A stretch of DNA of 64,000 nt, from positions 905-64,904 of the forward strand of contig PBAL01000085.1 in assembly GCA_002715965.1 (NCBI GenBank). The letters are read 5' to 3'. Of this stretch, positions 28,868-38,038 are shown one piece after another (position 1 is the first letter of the stretch; each line of letters starts with the position of its first letter). The notes under the pieces are model-generated. The model saw only the letters and a list, made by a program, of their open reading frames with translations. It was not told where the DNA came from and searched no databases. Made by a program: the position numbers and the translations under genes. The stretch is from Verrucomicrobiales bacterium. GTDB taxonomy: Bacteria; Verrucomicrobiota; Verrucomicrobiia; Limisphaerales; JAYPXF01.

Positions 28868-30277
28868 CTATTCCTGCTTTTGATTCTTCCGCTTCTTGCC
28901 CTTGTTCCTGGACTGCTGGTTCTTCTTCTTGTTGCGGTTGCGCCCTTGGTGTTCGTAGGCCTCAATCTCGGTCTGCTGGCCCTTGTCCCCCTGAGATTTC
29001 ATCCACTCATCCAGCTTGGCGCTGAGTTCAGCTTTCACCTTCGCGTACTTCGGATTGTCAGCGAGATTCTTCCACTCATACCAGTCGTCAGCAACCGCGT
29101 AGAGTTCTTCCCCTGCACGATGCCGATAGCGGTTCACTTTGTCCTTTGCGTCGTTATCCCCAGTCTCCCCCTTCTTTATCCAGGAAATGAACTCCTTGGA
29201 CTTCGTGCAGGCATTTCGGAATGGAATCTCCGGCGTGAAATTACGAATGTATTTGAACCTTTCGTTCCGGACAGAACGAATCCCAAAGGTATCAGACCCG
29301 TTGATGATTCCACGCGTGGTCATGATACCATAGACATGCTCCTTGTGGGTTGTCTTCTTGCCGGTCAGCACCGGGACAAAACTCTTTCCATCCAACACCT
29401 TCGCCGGTTTTCCGCCTGCCGCATCTACAAACGTCGGCAGCATGTCAACGTATTCGATCATTGCGTCAGACACTGCCCCGGGCTTCACCTTGCCCGGCCA
29501 GCGGACGATGCACGCGCTCTGCAACCCGGTGTCGTAACAGGTCCACTTGCCGAAGGGGAATGCCGATCCCTGCTCACTGACGACCACGACCATCGTATTG
29601 TCATCCAAATCGTGTTTCTTCAACAGATCCAGGAGCCGGCCAACCTGCGAATCATAATAGGTGATCTCCGCCAGATAACGCGCCATGGCATCACGGGTCT
29701 CAGGTGTATCCACGAAATAGGGAGGCAGCTTGATCTTGTCGTCCGGATAGCGGAAGCGATCGCCCTTGTTCCAGGGCGTGTGCGGTTCATTCGAACAGGC
29801 GAAGAGGCAGAACGGCGTCTCCGATTTCGCGCACTCAGCGAACATCTTGTCGATGTACTCCATGTCCGGATTTTTCTGTCCCGAATATTCGAACGGGAAA
29901 ACTGTTTTCGGTGAAATGTGAGTCTTGCCACTGAGCCCCACGCGATAGCCGAGTCTTTTCAGGTAGTGAACCACGCTCTTGGTCCCATCCTTCGCAAAGG
30001 TGTGATTCGGATAGGCGCCACTCTTCACGGGATAGAGACCGGTGTAGATGTTGTGCCGTGTCGGAGAACACATCGGTGCCGCCTGGAAACAACGCGTAAA
30101 CCGCATGCCTTCCTTGGCCAGACGATTGATGTTCGGCGTGTGTGCCTGACCGCCGTAACAACCGATATCGCGATGGGTCAGGTCATCCGCGATGACAAAG
30201 AGAAAATTGGGTTTCTTGGCCGCGTGTGTATTTAGAGCGAGCGCAAGAATTGAAACAAGGAGAGCGATACGAGTCAT
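28868..30277 (-). CDS. Formylglycine-dependent sulfatase (arylsulfatase A family)
   Basis: Signal peptide MTRIALLVSILALALNTHA. PNFLFVIADDL and the CSPTRHNIYTG (CxPxR) motif. Lys/Asn/Gln-rich C-terminal tail. TAG stop. Confidence 0.9.
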   Translation of the reverse strand: MTRIALLVSILALALNTHAAKKPNFLFVIADDLTHRDIGCYGGQAHTPNINRLAKEGMRFTRCFQAAPMCSPTRHNIYTGLYPVKSGAYPNHTFAKDGTKSVVHYLKRLGYRVGLSGKTHISPKTVFPFEYSGQKNPDMEYIDKMFAECAKSETPFCLFACSNEPHTPWNKGDRFRYPDDKIKLPPYFVDTPETRDAMARYLAEITYYDSQVGRLLDLLKKHDLDDNTMVVVVSEQGSAFPFGKWTCYDTGLQSACIVRWPGKVKPGAVSDAMIEYVDMLPTFVDAAGGKPAKVLDGKSFVPVLTGKKTTHKEHVYGIMTTRGIINGSDTFGIRSVRNERFKYIRNFTPEIPFRNACTKSKEFISWIKKGETGDNDAKDKVNRYRHRAGEELYAVADDWYEWKNLADNPKYAKVKAELSAKLDEWMKSQGDKGQQTEIEAYEHQGRNRNKKKNQQSRNKGKKRKNQKQE

Positions 30278-30445
30278 GTGGGGCGAAGATAGGTTCCCCA
30301 ACAACTTGGCCAAGCCAGAAATCTCTTTGGAGCGTCTCGGGGCGAACTCTATTTATCCGTAGGGCAGAAAGTCGCCTGGTTAAGCGAAATGCGCGATCAA
30401 GCTTGGCCTGCTGACCGCCGGTTTGCAGCGTCCGTTGGACACGTA

Positions 30446-30586
30446 ACGCAGGTTTCCAAACCTGCTGCGTGTAGTTTGAAAGAAGCGCTCTGAGTCCCAG
30501 GTCAGAGTCCAATTGCCGACAACGCCTTGCGGATTTGGAAATACGCGATAGGGCAGGTTTGGAAGCGTTTGGAAACCTGCGCTACG
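30446..30586. repeat. Intergenic repeat cluster built on a GCAGGTTTCCAAACCTGC / TTTGGAA motif
   Basis: Palindrome GCAGGTTT-CC-AAACCTGC at 30448-30465. TTTGGAA occurs at 30535, 30558 and 30568. GCAGGTTTGGAA...GGAAACCTGCGCTAC at 30554-30585 is related to the first copy. Confidence 0.65.
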
Positions 30587-30686
30587 ATCCTGTCGCCAAC
30601 CACCACTCTCCTATTGCCGTGGCACAAACTTAACCAAGCGCCGTTCCCCTTGGCGCACGGCATGCGAGGGCGTCCCGTTCAACCGC

Positions 30687-31448
30687 CTAATTAATCACAC
30701 GGATCTCGCCTGCTTCATTCAGCGCGGCAATCAATCGTAGATTCTCCCGCTGGCAGCAGAACTGCACATCGTCTTTCAAGTCGGGCATGGAGAGCAGGCG
30801 TCTGGCATTACGCGAATACTGCATGGCACTCTCAACGTCGCGTTGCATCACCCGGTAGATTTGTCGCGCCATCTCGGCCGCATCGGAAAAATGACCGGTC
30901 ACGAATTGCGCCCAGACAAATTCGCAAAGCGCGCCGGCCGCCACCATGTCTTCGTAGGCCGCTTCCTCATAGGTGCCGGCACAAACGAGAATCAAATGGC
31001 TCACTGTGTTCTGCTCGATCCAATCAGCGATCGCACGGAGATTTCCAAAGCTGGCGATAAACACATGCTTGGCACCGGTGCATGCCCGCAGTGCGCGCGT
31101 GCCATTGGTGGTCGTACTTACAATTGTCCGCCCTTTGACGACTTCCTCCGTGTATTCGCGAGGCGAATTTCCAAGGTCGAAATCCACGCCTCCACTCTGG
31201 TCGGCCAGAATACGAACGCCATCGCGTTCACCTGCGAGAAGCACGTCAGGACGTTCTTTTCGAATGGCCACAGCCTCTTCAATCGTTGCGACCGGAATGA
31301 CCGCCGCAGCGCCATTTGCCAATGCGGTGTTCATCGAGGTGGTTGCGCGAAGGATGTCGAAGACAACGCAGGTGGCCTGGCTGATATCCCGATCACCCAA
31401 CGCGCTAAAATCCGCCGGCGTGAAAGTCGCTTCAATTCTTGTACTCAT
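30687..31448 (-). CDS. comB: 2-phosphosulfolactate phosphatase family protein (ComB-like)
   Basis: VVFDILRATTSMNTAL...AGERDG...DFDLGNSP pattern of the ComB family. Its ATG overlaps the upstream stop (ATGA at 31445-31448). Confidence 0.8.
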   Translation of the reverse strand: MSTRIEATFTPADFSALGDRDISQATCVVFDILRATTSMNTALANGAAAVIPVATIEEAVAIRKERPDVLLAGERDGVRILADQSGGVDFDLGNSPREYTEEVVKGRTIVSTTTNGTRALRACTGAKHVFIASFGNLRAIADWIEQNTVSHLILVCAGTYEEAAYEDMVAAGALCEFVWAQFVTGHFSDAAEMARQIYRVMQRDVESAMQYSRNARRLLSMPDLKDDVQFCCQRENLRLIAALNEAGEIRVIN

Positions 31449-32305
31449 GATTGCTCTTGTTGCCGACGCGTCCGGACGTAGTGAAACAGATACTGCTGGG
31501 CATAGCCCGCATAAGGACCGAAGTAGTTGGAGGTAAACGCCTCCAAGCGCTTCTTCGTCGGCTTGCGGCGCGGAAAGTATAGCTCTCGAAGCCCGCGATC
31601 AATCCAGACATCAATCGGAAATGCCTCCTGGAAACCGTAGGCGAACAGCAGCACGCAATCGGCCACTTTGCGCCCCACCCCGGGAAGCCGCATGAGTTCC
31701 TTGCGCGCGGAAGCGCAGTCCATCGAGGCGACCGCATCCAGGTCCACCTCTCCGTTCACAACCATCTGGGCACTTCCCAAGACGTATTTGGCGCGCCAGC
31801 CGGTCTTGCATTCGCGAAGTTGTTCTTCCGTGCATCGGGCCAACTGCTCAGCAGTGGGAAAGGCGTGTTCTTCGCCTTCCCGCGTCCGGATAACGGCACC
31901 ATACCGCTCCGACATGTTCCGAACGATCTGCTTGATCTGAACGATCTGTTTGGACGCGGAACAAATGAACGAGGCCAGGCATTCCCACTTGGGCTGGCGC
32001 AATAGTCTCAAGCCTTGGCAAGCCGAGGTGGCGAATTGGAAGGCTTCGTCGTCCGGGAACGTCTCCACGATAGCCTCAATGTCCTCGTCCAGCCGCAGGT
32101 AGTCTCGCAGCCACCGCCAATCTCCAGGGTCGACGATACATTCCGCAACGATTGCGCGTCCTTGCTTCATTCGAACCCAACGCTCACCGATGATTCCACA
32201 CCAGGCACCATCCCGTTCCCCCCAGCAAAAGACCTGCCCGGAATCCAGTGTGGCACCGAGGTCGTAATTCGCCACGCGGAAGCTGCGTTTGTGCAGTCGT
32301 GGCAT
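31445..32305 (-). CDS. ogg: 8-oxoguanine DNA glycosylase (HhH-GPD superfamily, Ogg type)
   Basis: HhH-GPD motif LMRLPGVGRKVADCVLLFAY...FPIDVW with the catalytic Lys in GVGRKVADC. Confidence 0.8.
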   Translation of the reverse strand: MPRLHKRSFRVANYDLGATLDSGQVFCWGERDGAWCGIIGERWVRMKQGRAIVAECIVDPGDWRWLRDYLRLDEDIEAIVETFPDDEAFQFATSACQGLRLLRQPKWECLASFICSASKQIVQIKQIVRNMSERYGAVIRTREGEEHAFPTAEQLARCTEEQLRECKTGWRAKYVLGSAQMVVNGEVDLDAVASMDCASARKELMRLPGVGRKVADCVLLFAYGFQEAFPIDVWIDRGLRELYFPRRKPTKKRLEAFTSNYFGPYAGYAQQYLFHYVRTRRQQEQS

Positions 32306-34467
32306 CAGAGTTTGTTGCGGCAGATGTGGAGGTTCAGGCGGTGAAACAAGCGCCCACGATAGAAGATGTCTTTCACGCCAAGGTCCTCATGAGATTCAAA
32401 CTGATCCTTGACGTGTTGCGGGAGCGGACCGTATTCGCCGTTCAACTTGAGCTTGCGCACGTAAATCGCGTTATCGCCCTTGCGATCCAGATAGGACGGC
32501 CAGAAGTAGTACTGGTTCTCGGGATGCCCTTCAACTCTCGGCGTCTGGTAGTAGACGATCGGATTATCCGGCACACCAGCGTTCGCTTCGGGAAAGTAGA
32601 AGGACATCACACTCGTGATTCCGTAGTGCGCACCGATAAGGAACACCTCTTTCCCTTCCTCCTCCTTCAACTTCAGTCGCTCGACATTTACTGCATCCGC
32701 AACACCGGACCATGCACGCACCCGGCGCAATGGGTCCAGTTTGGCGGGAACGGTTTTACCAATGAGTTTGGACGGGATATTCGTGTCATGCAGCAGGATC
32801 ACGAGTGGCAGGCCGACACACAAACCTCCGACCAGCCACTTCTTCACCGCCAGCGTTCCGTCTTGAAAGCGACGATCCCAATAAATCGCCATGAAGCAAA
32901 ACAGTGGAACGATGGCCGGTGCAATCCAGTTTGGATGAACTCGAGACCGAATGGTGTAGAGGAAGTAACCCATGAACAAAGGCGCGCCCATGAGGAAGAG
33001 ATATTTCAACAGATCATCATCGCGATAGCGCTTCCAGAACGCGATGCCCGCCCAGATCATCGCGATGCAAAACACGGGATTTAGGAGCCCAAGTTCAGCG
33101 AGGATGAAGTCCTGCATAAAGTTGAAGGTGTAAACCCACTCACGATCCAAGCCGGCCCTGCTTCCCAAGTGCGTCACCGTGATCCAATCGTTTTGTTGGT
33201 TCCAAATCAGCACAGGCAGGCTGCTCAGCGCGAGAACAACCAATGAGAGCCATAACCCAGGACGCGCGATCTGCTTTCGGGCCTTGGGAAGAATCGCGAG
33301 CACCAACGCAATGGACACCAATTGAAACAAGGCGGTGTATTTCGCGAGAAATCCAAAGCCCATCCAGAAGCCACCCCACAACCAGGCACTTGTTGAATCT
33401 TCCTGGATCGCTTTCCAAATGCAGATCATCGCCATGGCCCACGCAGCAACGGAAAGCGAATCAATCACCATCAGGATCGAGCCCACTGCGGGAAGCGGTG
33501 TGGCAGATAGAATCACCATCAGCCAGAACCCGGCACGCGCGTATCCGTGGCGGTGAAAGAATCGAAGCAGGCAGAGTCCGAGGAGCAGCGAGATGACCGG
33601 TGAGAAGAAGCGCACTCCAAACGCATTGTCGCCCCACAGACCTGTCCCAAGTGCCTGCGTGTAGGCAATCAACGGTGGCTTGCTGAAATAAGAAAGCGCC
33701 AAGTGCTGCGACCACTGCCATTGGTAGGCTTCGTCCTCGCTCAGTTCGATCTTGCCCGCGGAAATGTAATACAAACGAAAGATCACCAGCACAACCAACA
33801 AGAGGTATCCGGATCGCAGCCAATGCAGATCGACCAATTCTCGAGTTGATTCAATCTTGCTCTCCTCCACGCGTTCCGGAGACATCAAGTCCGGCAGTCT
33901 TCGCCACCACAGCGGAAACCATCTCTGCCCTCCCCAATTCCACAACTCCTTCGCCAGCCAGACGAACATCAACGCGTATCCAGCGCCCATGACCGACCCC
34001 ATCAGTGTGTCCGACGGATAATGCACGCCGTTGTAAACCCGTGAGTATGCAATTCCAAATGCCAGCGGCAGCATGAACTTCCACGAGTTGCGGAAGTAAA
34101 CGAGCAAGACCATCGACACCGCAAAGGCATTGGCCGAGTGCGCGGAAGGAAAAGAATAACTCCCCGTTCTGCCCACGAGTGTGATCGCCGTTTCGATATC
34201 ATTGAACGGCCTCGGTCGCTGAACAACCTTTCGCAGCGAGTTGATGATCCAACCGTCACCGATACCCACCACGATCAGGCAGAACAGGACACAAAGAACT
34301 CCGCGTGCCTTGTATTTCCAGATAATCCAAATTGCAGCGCAGACGACGAAGGGCACGAACAGTTTGTTGCCGCTGAGAAACGGCATCAGCCAATCGAAGA
34401 CCGGATTGCTTAGTGTCTGATTGCCGAAGTTGAACAGCGCCCGATCAATTGATTGGAGGAAATCCAT
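32305..34467 (-). CDS. Fusion of PAP2 (type 2 phosphatidic acid/undecaprenyl-PP phosphatase) and ArnT/PMT-like glycosyltransferase (GT39/GT83 type)
   Basis: PAP2 motifs: KVVQRPRP, SFPSAHS and YSRVYNGVHYPSD. The rest is a 12 or more TM GT-C body (ELSEDEAYQWQWSQHLALSYFSKPPL) followed by a soluble C-terminal domain. Its stop overlaps the ogg ATG by 1 nt (TGATG). Confidence 0.8.
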   Translation of the reverse strand: MDFLQSIDRALFNFGNQTLSNPVFDWLMPFLSGNKLFVPFVVCAAIWIIWKYKARGVLCVLFCLIVVGIGDGWIINSLRKVVQRPRPFNDIETAITLVGRTGSYSFPSAHSANAFAVSMVLLVYFRNSWKFMLPLAFGIAYSRVYNGVHYPSDTLMGSVMGAGYALMFVWLAKELWNWGGQRWFPLWWRRLPDLMSPERVEESKIESTRELVDLHWLRSGYLLLVVLVIFRLYYISAGKIELSEDEAYQWQWSQHLALSYFSKPPLIAYTQALGTGLWGDNAFGVRFFSPVISLLLGLCLLRFFHRHGYARAGFWLMVILSATPLPAVGSILMVIDSLSVAAWAMAMICIWKAIQEDSTSAWLWGGFWMGFGFLAKYTALFQLVSIALVLAILPKARKQIARPGLWLSLVVLALSSLPVLIWNQQNDWITVTHLGSRAGLDREWVYTFNFMQDFILAELGLLNPVFCIAMIWAGIAFWKRYRDDDLLKYLFLMGAPLFMGYFLYTIRSRVHPNWIAPAIVPLFCFMAIYWDRRFQDGTLAVKKWLVGGLCVGLPLVILLHDTNIPSKLIGKTVPAKLDPLRRVRAWSGVADAVNVERLKLKEEEGKEVFLIGAHYGITSVMSFYFPEANAGVPDNPIVYYQTPRVEGHPENQYYFWPSYLDRKGDNAIYVRKLKLNGEYGPLPQHVKDQFESHEDLGVKDIFYRGRLFHRLNLHICRNKL

Positions 34468-34639
34468 CGTTCAGCGAGTAGGATGGGCAACCTGCCCGTC
34501 CAGTTGCGTGTGACGCGCCGTGGGTGGAGCGGATGGAACCACGCGTGTTCGGCCGGATAGCAGCTCAGTCTGGCAATCGAAGTTTTGGGCATTGGAACAC
34601 ATGCGCGCGGACGAACCGGACGCGCGTGTGGAAAACCAC

Positions 34640-34668
34640 GCCGGACTTCGACTGACAGTCGAAGCTAC
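34640..34668. repeat. TTCGACTG-N-CAGTCGAA palindromic repeat, copy 2
   Basis: GCCGGACTTCGACTGACAGTCGAAGCTAC. Its reverse complement matches 1228-1256 at 27 of 29 positions. Confidence 0.75.
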
Positions 34669-34713
34669 AGTAACGCGCCTATGAAATTCCAGGACCACTC
34701 TTCCAAACGAGGC

Positions 34714-34764
34714 GTTCTCCCTCTCCCCTCTCCCAGCGGGAGAGGGTTGGGGTGCGGGAGAAAA
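34714..34764. repeat. Nested-palindrome REP-like element (TTCTCCCTC...GGGAGAGGG...GAGGGAGAA family), copy C
   Basis: GTTCTCCCTCTCCCCTCTCCCAGCGGGAGAGGGTTGGGGTGCGGGAGAAAAC. The inner stem is CCTCTCCC/GGGAGAGG and the outer arms are TTCTCCCTCTCCCC/GGGGTGCGGGAGAA. Confidence 0.8.
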
Positions 34765-34833
34765 CTCGTTGGTCCGGTCAGCATTCATTCTTCCGGTAGA
34801 CAATCGCATACGATAACCGCCTTATACGCCAAC

Positions 34834-35361
34834 TCAGTAAGACAAAATCGACTTCACCGGAAATTCACCCAACCGCTCGCTGCCATTCAGGAAAGCCAGT
34901 TCGATCAGGAATCGAATCTCCCTGATGTCAGCGTGGATCTTACGAAGCAGCTTGGCCGCGGCAGTGGCCGTTCCACCTGTCGCGAGCAGATCATCGACCA
35001 ACAAGACCCGGTCGCCAGGTTTCACGGCGTCGATATGGATCGCAACGGTGTTCGAACCGTACTCGAGGTCGTAGCTCTCTTCGTGCGTCTTGTAGGGAAG
35101 CTTGCCCTTCTTGCGGATCGGCACGAACCCGGCGTTCAACTTGAGCGCGACCCCGGTGGCAAAGATAAATCCGCGGGCGTCGATACCAACAACGGCATCA
35201 ATATCGCCCGGCTGAAACCCGTCGGCGAGCAGATCGATGCTTCCCTCCAGCAGTCCCGGATTGGCAAGCACAGGAGAAATGTCCTTAAACAAAACGCCGG
35301 GCTTGGGAAAGTCCGGCACGTCGCGAATGGCGTTGGAAATATCTTCGGCGGTTACGCTCAT
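34834..35361 (-). CDS. apt: Adenine phosphoribosyltransferase
   Basis: PDFPKPGVLFKDISP and PRPP-binding VLLVDDLLATGGT motifs; 175 aa. Confidence 0.95.
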   Translation of the reverse strand: MSVTAEDISNAIRDVPDFPKPGVLFKDISPVLANPGLLEGSIDLLADGFQPGDIDAVVGIDARGFIFATGVALKLNAGFVPIRKKGKLPYKTHEESYDLEYGSNTVAIHIDAVKPGDRVLLVDDLLATGGTATAAAKLLRKIHADIREIRFLIELAFLNGSERLGEFPVKSILSY

Positions 35362-35371
35362 GCGGGCGACA

Positions 35372-36565
35372 TTAGTTCTTCACCCGCTCGATTTTTTCAA
35401 TCTTTTTGCGCAGCTTGCTCAAGGCGATGTTCTGGATCTGGCGCACTCGTTCGCGGGTCACGCCAAACTTGTGGCCCACCTCTTCGAGCGTCTTTTCGTT
35501 TCCGCCGTCGAGTCCGAAGCGATAATTGAGAATGGTCGCCTCGCGTTCCGGGAGGGTCTTCACCAGGTCCTGAAGCGTGTTGCCGACCGTCTTCTCCTCC
35601 AACATCTCGTACGGCGTCTCAGCGTTTTCGTCCTCGATGATTTCACCAAAGCTGTTGGATTCTGAATCGTCTCCGATCGGCGCGTCGAGCGAGGCCGGAC
35701 GAATTGCCGCTGTGCGCATCTGGGCGACGCGAGCCGCTGGGATTTCCATCTCTTCACCGATCTCTTCATCGGTCGGTTCGCGTCCGAATTGTTCCTGAAG
35801 CTGCATCGACACCCGACGCATCTTGGCGATCTTGTCCACAAAATGAACCGGAAGCCGGATGGTCTTCGACTGGTTTGCCAGAGCGCGCTTGATGCACTGC
35901 TTGATCCACCAGGCTGCATAGGTTGAAAGCTTGCCGCCTTTGGCAGGGTCAAAACGCTCGACGGCCTTCATGAGACCGATATTGCCCTCGTTGATGAGGT
36001 CGAGCAGAGGGAGGCCGAGCCAGTCATAATCGTGGGCGATCTTCACAACCAGGCGGAGATTGGCCTTGATCATCTTTTCGCGCGCTTCCTTGTCACCCGC
36101 TTGAATCAGCGCAGCGAGGTCGATCTCTTCCTGAATGGTCAGGAGCGGCACTTTGCCGATCTCGCGAAGATAGAGGCGAATGGCCGACTCGCCATCGTAA
36201 CGCTGGCGCTCTTCCTTCGGTTCGTTTGGGAGCTCACGTGGAACGGCAACCTTCTCGGTTTCCTTCGCAGCCTCCTTATCCAATTCCGCGGTTTCCTTTT
36301 CCATCTCCGCCAGTTGTTCTGGGGTGGGCTCGGATCGGGGGACGAACTGGGTATCCTGGGTGGAAGACGCCTTCGGCTGTTCTTCAACGTTCTGTTTATT
36401 GGCATCTTCTTCCACTGCTGCTGCGTCTGCGCCGTTCGATTTAGTTGGTTTAACCGGCTTCTTCACGCAAGAGGGTTTCGCATCGGAGCCACGGGTTGTC
36501 TCGGTTTTACGTGTCCGCCCAGCGCCCCGATTGCCGCCAGCCAGATCATGTGTTTCAACAATCAT
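35372..36565 (-). CDS. rpoD: RNA polymerase sigma-70 factor (RpoD/SigA group) with low-complexity N-terminal region
   Basis: Region 1.2 (IRLYLREIGKVPLL), region 2 (NLRLVVKIAHDY...EGNIGLMKAVERFD...STYAAWWIKQ), region 3 and region 4 (LEEVGHKFGVTRERVRQI). ATG at 36563-36565 is preceded by GGAAGG. Confidence 0.9.
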   Translation of the reverse strand: MIVETHDLAGGNRGAGRTRKTETTRGSDAKPSCVKKPVKPTKSNGADAAAVEEDANKQNVEEQPKASSTQDTQFVPRSEPTPEQLAEMEKETAELDKEAAKETEKVAVPRELPNEPKEERQRYDGESAIRLYLREIGKVPLLTIQEEIDLAALIQAGDKEAREKMIKANLRLVVKIAHDYDWLGLPLLDLINEGNIGLMKAVERFDPAKGGKLSTYAAWWIKQCIKRALANQSKTIRLPVHFVDKIAKMRRVSMQLQEQFGREPTDEEIGEEMEIPAARVAQMRTAAIRPASLDAPIGDDSESNSFGEIIEDENAETPYEMLEEKTVGNTLQDLVKTLPEREATILNYRFGLDGGNEKTLEEVGHKFGVTRERVRQIQNIALSKLRKKIEKIERVKN

Positions 36566-36863
36566 TTTTTGCCTTCCAGCGAGCAAGCATATTTCGCCGA
36601 GCCCGTACAACGGTTCTTCACGCAAGCCTTGAGTCGGATTCACACCACGGAACTCTAACAACGGCGGCTTCCGATGGTTTCAGGCAATGCTTGCTTGATT
36701 TGCCCAGCCAAGCGGAACGCGTGCCAGCTCCGAAATCCCCGCTATCAGGCATTTAATGGAGATGCACGCGGAACGAACACGCGAGTGCGTGAAGTATTGG
36801 CACATCGTACGCACACGTGTCTCTTTGATGTCACAGGTAGGACTTGTCTCGCAAAATGCCCTC

Positions 36864-37970
36864 ATGAGACAAACGTCCGTGCAACGGTACTATCCCATAT
36901 TCCTGACCTTGGCAGTGGGAGCCATCATGCAGGGATGCCAGTCTTCGAAATGGGAACGAGGGAGAATGTCACACCTCCCGGTGAACAACAGCTCGACACC
37001 CACACAACGGGCGCCCGCCAAACGCAAAGTGCCCGCGGCTCCCACGCGAAAAACCGTCCTTCAACCAAACCGCCCACTTCCGGCCAATGACACCACCCCG
37101 ACCAGCAAGAACGAGTGGGTGCCATTGCATTACTGGGCTTCCAGTCAGAATCTCGGCAGCCTGCGCCGGGTCTCAAAGGAACAGTTTCATCTCGTCACGC
37201 GCTGGGGTGTGTTCGGGCTCGCGGCCAAGAGCCGCCACGCAAACTTCAACGGTTCACGATTCTATCTGGGCTATCCCCTGCTATTGACCAATGGCTTGCC
37301 ATACGTCCACATGCTCGACGCCGAAAAGAACTTCCGGCCAATGATCGGCTGGACCGAACGCGTCCCTCGCAAGCGTGGAGTGATCTGCATCGATCCCGGA
37401 CACGGCGGTGACAATCGTGGAACGAAGAGCATTCTCGGGAACCACTTTGAGAAGCAGTATTCGTTGGATTGGGCGGTCCGGTTGAAGCCCGAACTGGAGA
37501 AGCGTGGATGGACCGTCGTGATGACACGCAAACATGACAAGACGGTGTCCCTGACCGATCGGGTGAAGTTCGCGGACAAATACGCTGCGGATGTGTTCAT
37601 CAGTCTGCATTTCAATGCATCCGGTAAAGGGGCAGCTGGATTGGAAACGTATTGCACAACACCTCGCGGCATGCCTTCAACACTCACGCGGAACTATGCT
37701 GATCCGAGGAGGGTCATCCTGCCGAACAATCAACACGATTATCGGAACATGCAGCTTGCCGCACGGGTGCACCATTCACTGCTGCGAAACGTAGGCATGG
37801 CGGATCGGGGCATTAGAAGAGCGCGGTTCATGAGCGTGCTGGTGAAGCAGAAGCGCCCGGCGATATTGATTGAGGGTGGATTCCTCTCGGATCCGAAGGA
37901 AGCCAAGCTGGTGGCGTCAGCGGCTTATCGCCAGCGGTTGGCTGAGGCGGTTGCTGCTGCGCTGAATTAG
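36864..37970 (+). CDS. N-acetylmuramoyl-L-alanine amidase (Amidase_3), probable lipoprotein
   Basis: Lipobox-like AVGAIMQGC. Catalytic domain motifs: ICIDPGHGGDNRG, FISLHFNA, GLETYC and ILIEGGFLSDPKE. Confidence 0.85.
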   Translation: MRQTSVQRYYPIFLTLAVGAIMQGCQSSKWERGRMSHLPVNNSSTPTQRAPAKRKVPAAPTRKTVLQPNRPLPANDTTPTSKNEWVPLHYWASSQNLGSLRRVSKEQFHLVTRWGVFGLAAKSRHANFNGSRFYLGYPLLLTNGLPYVHMLDAEKNFRPMIGWTERVPRKRGVICIDPGHGGDNRGTKSILGNHFEKQYSLDWAVRLKPELEKRGWTVVMTRKHDKTVSLTDRVKFADKYAADVFISLHFNASGKGAAGLETYCTTPRGMPSTLTRNYADPRRVILPNNQHDYRNMQLAARVHHSLLRNVGMADRGIRRARFMSVLVKQKRPAILIEGGFLSDPKEAKLVASAAYRQRLAEAVAAALN

Positions 37971-38038
37971 GCTTAAACCATCTGCTCGTTATGGCTCGGC
38001 CAGGAGACCGGCCACAGCAGAACGGCGCGAGTTCCCCA

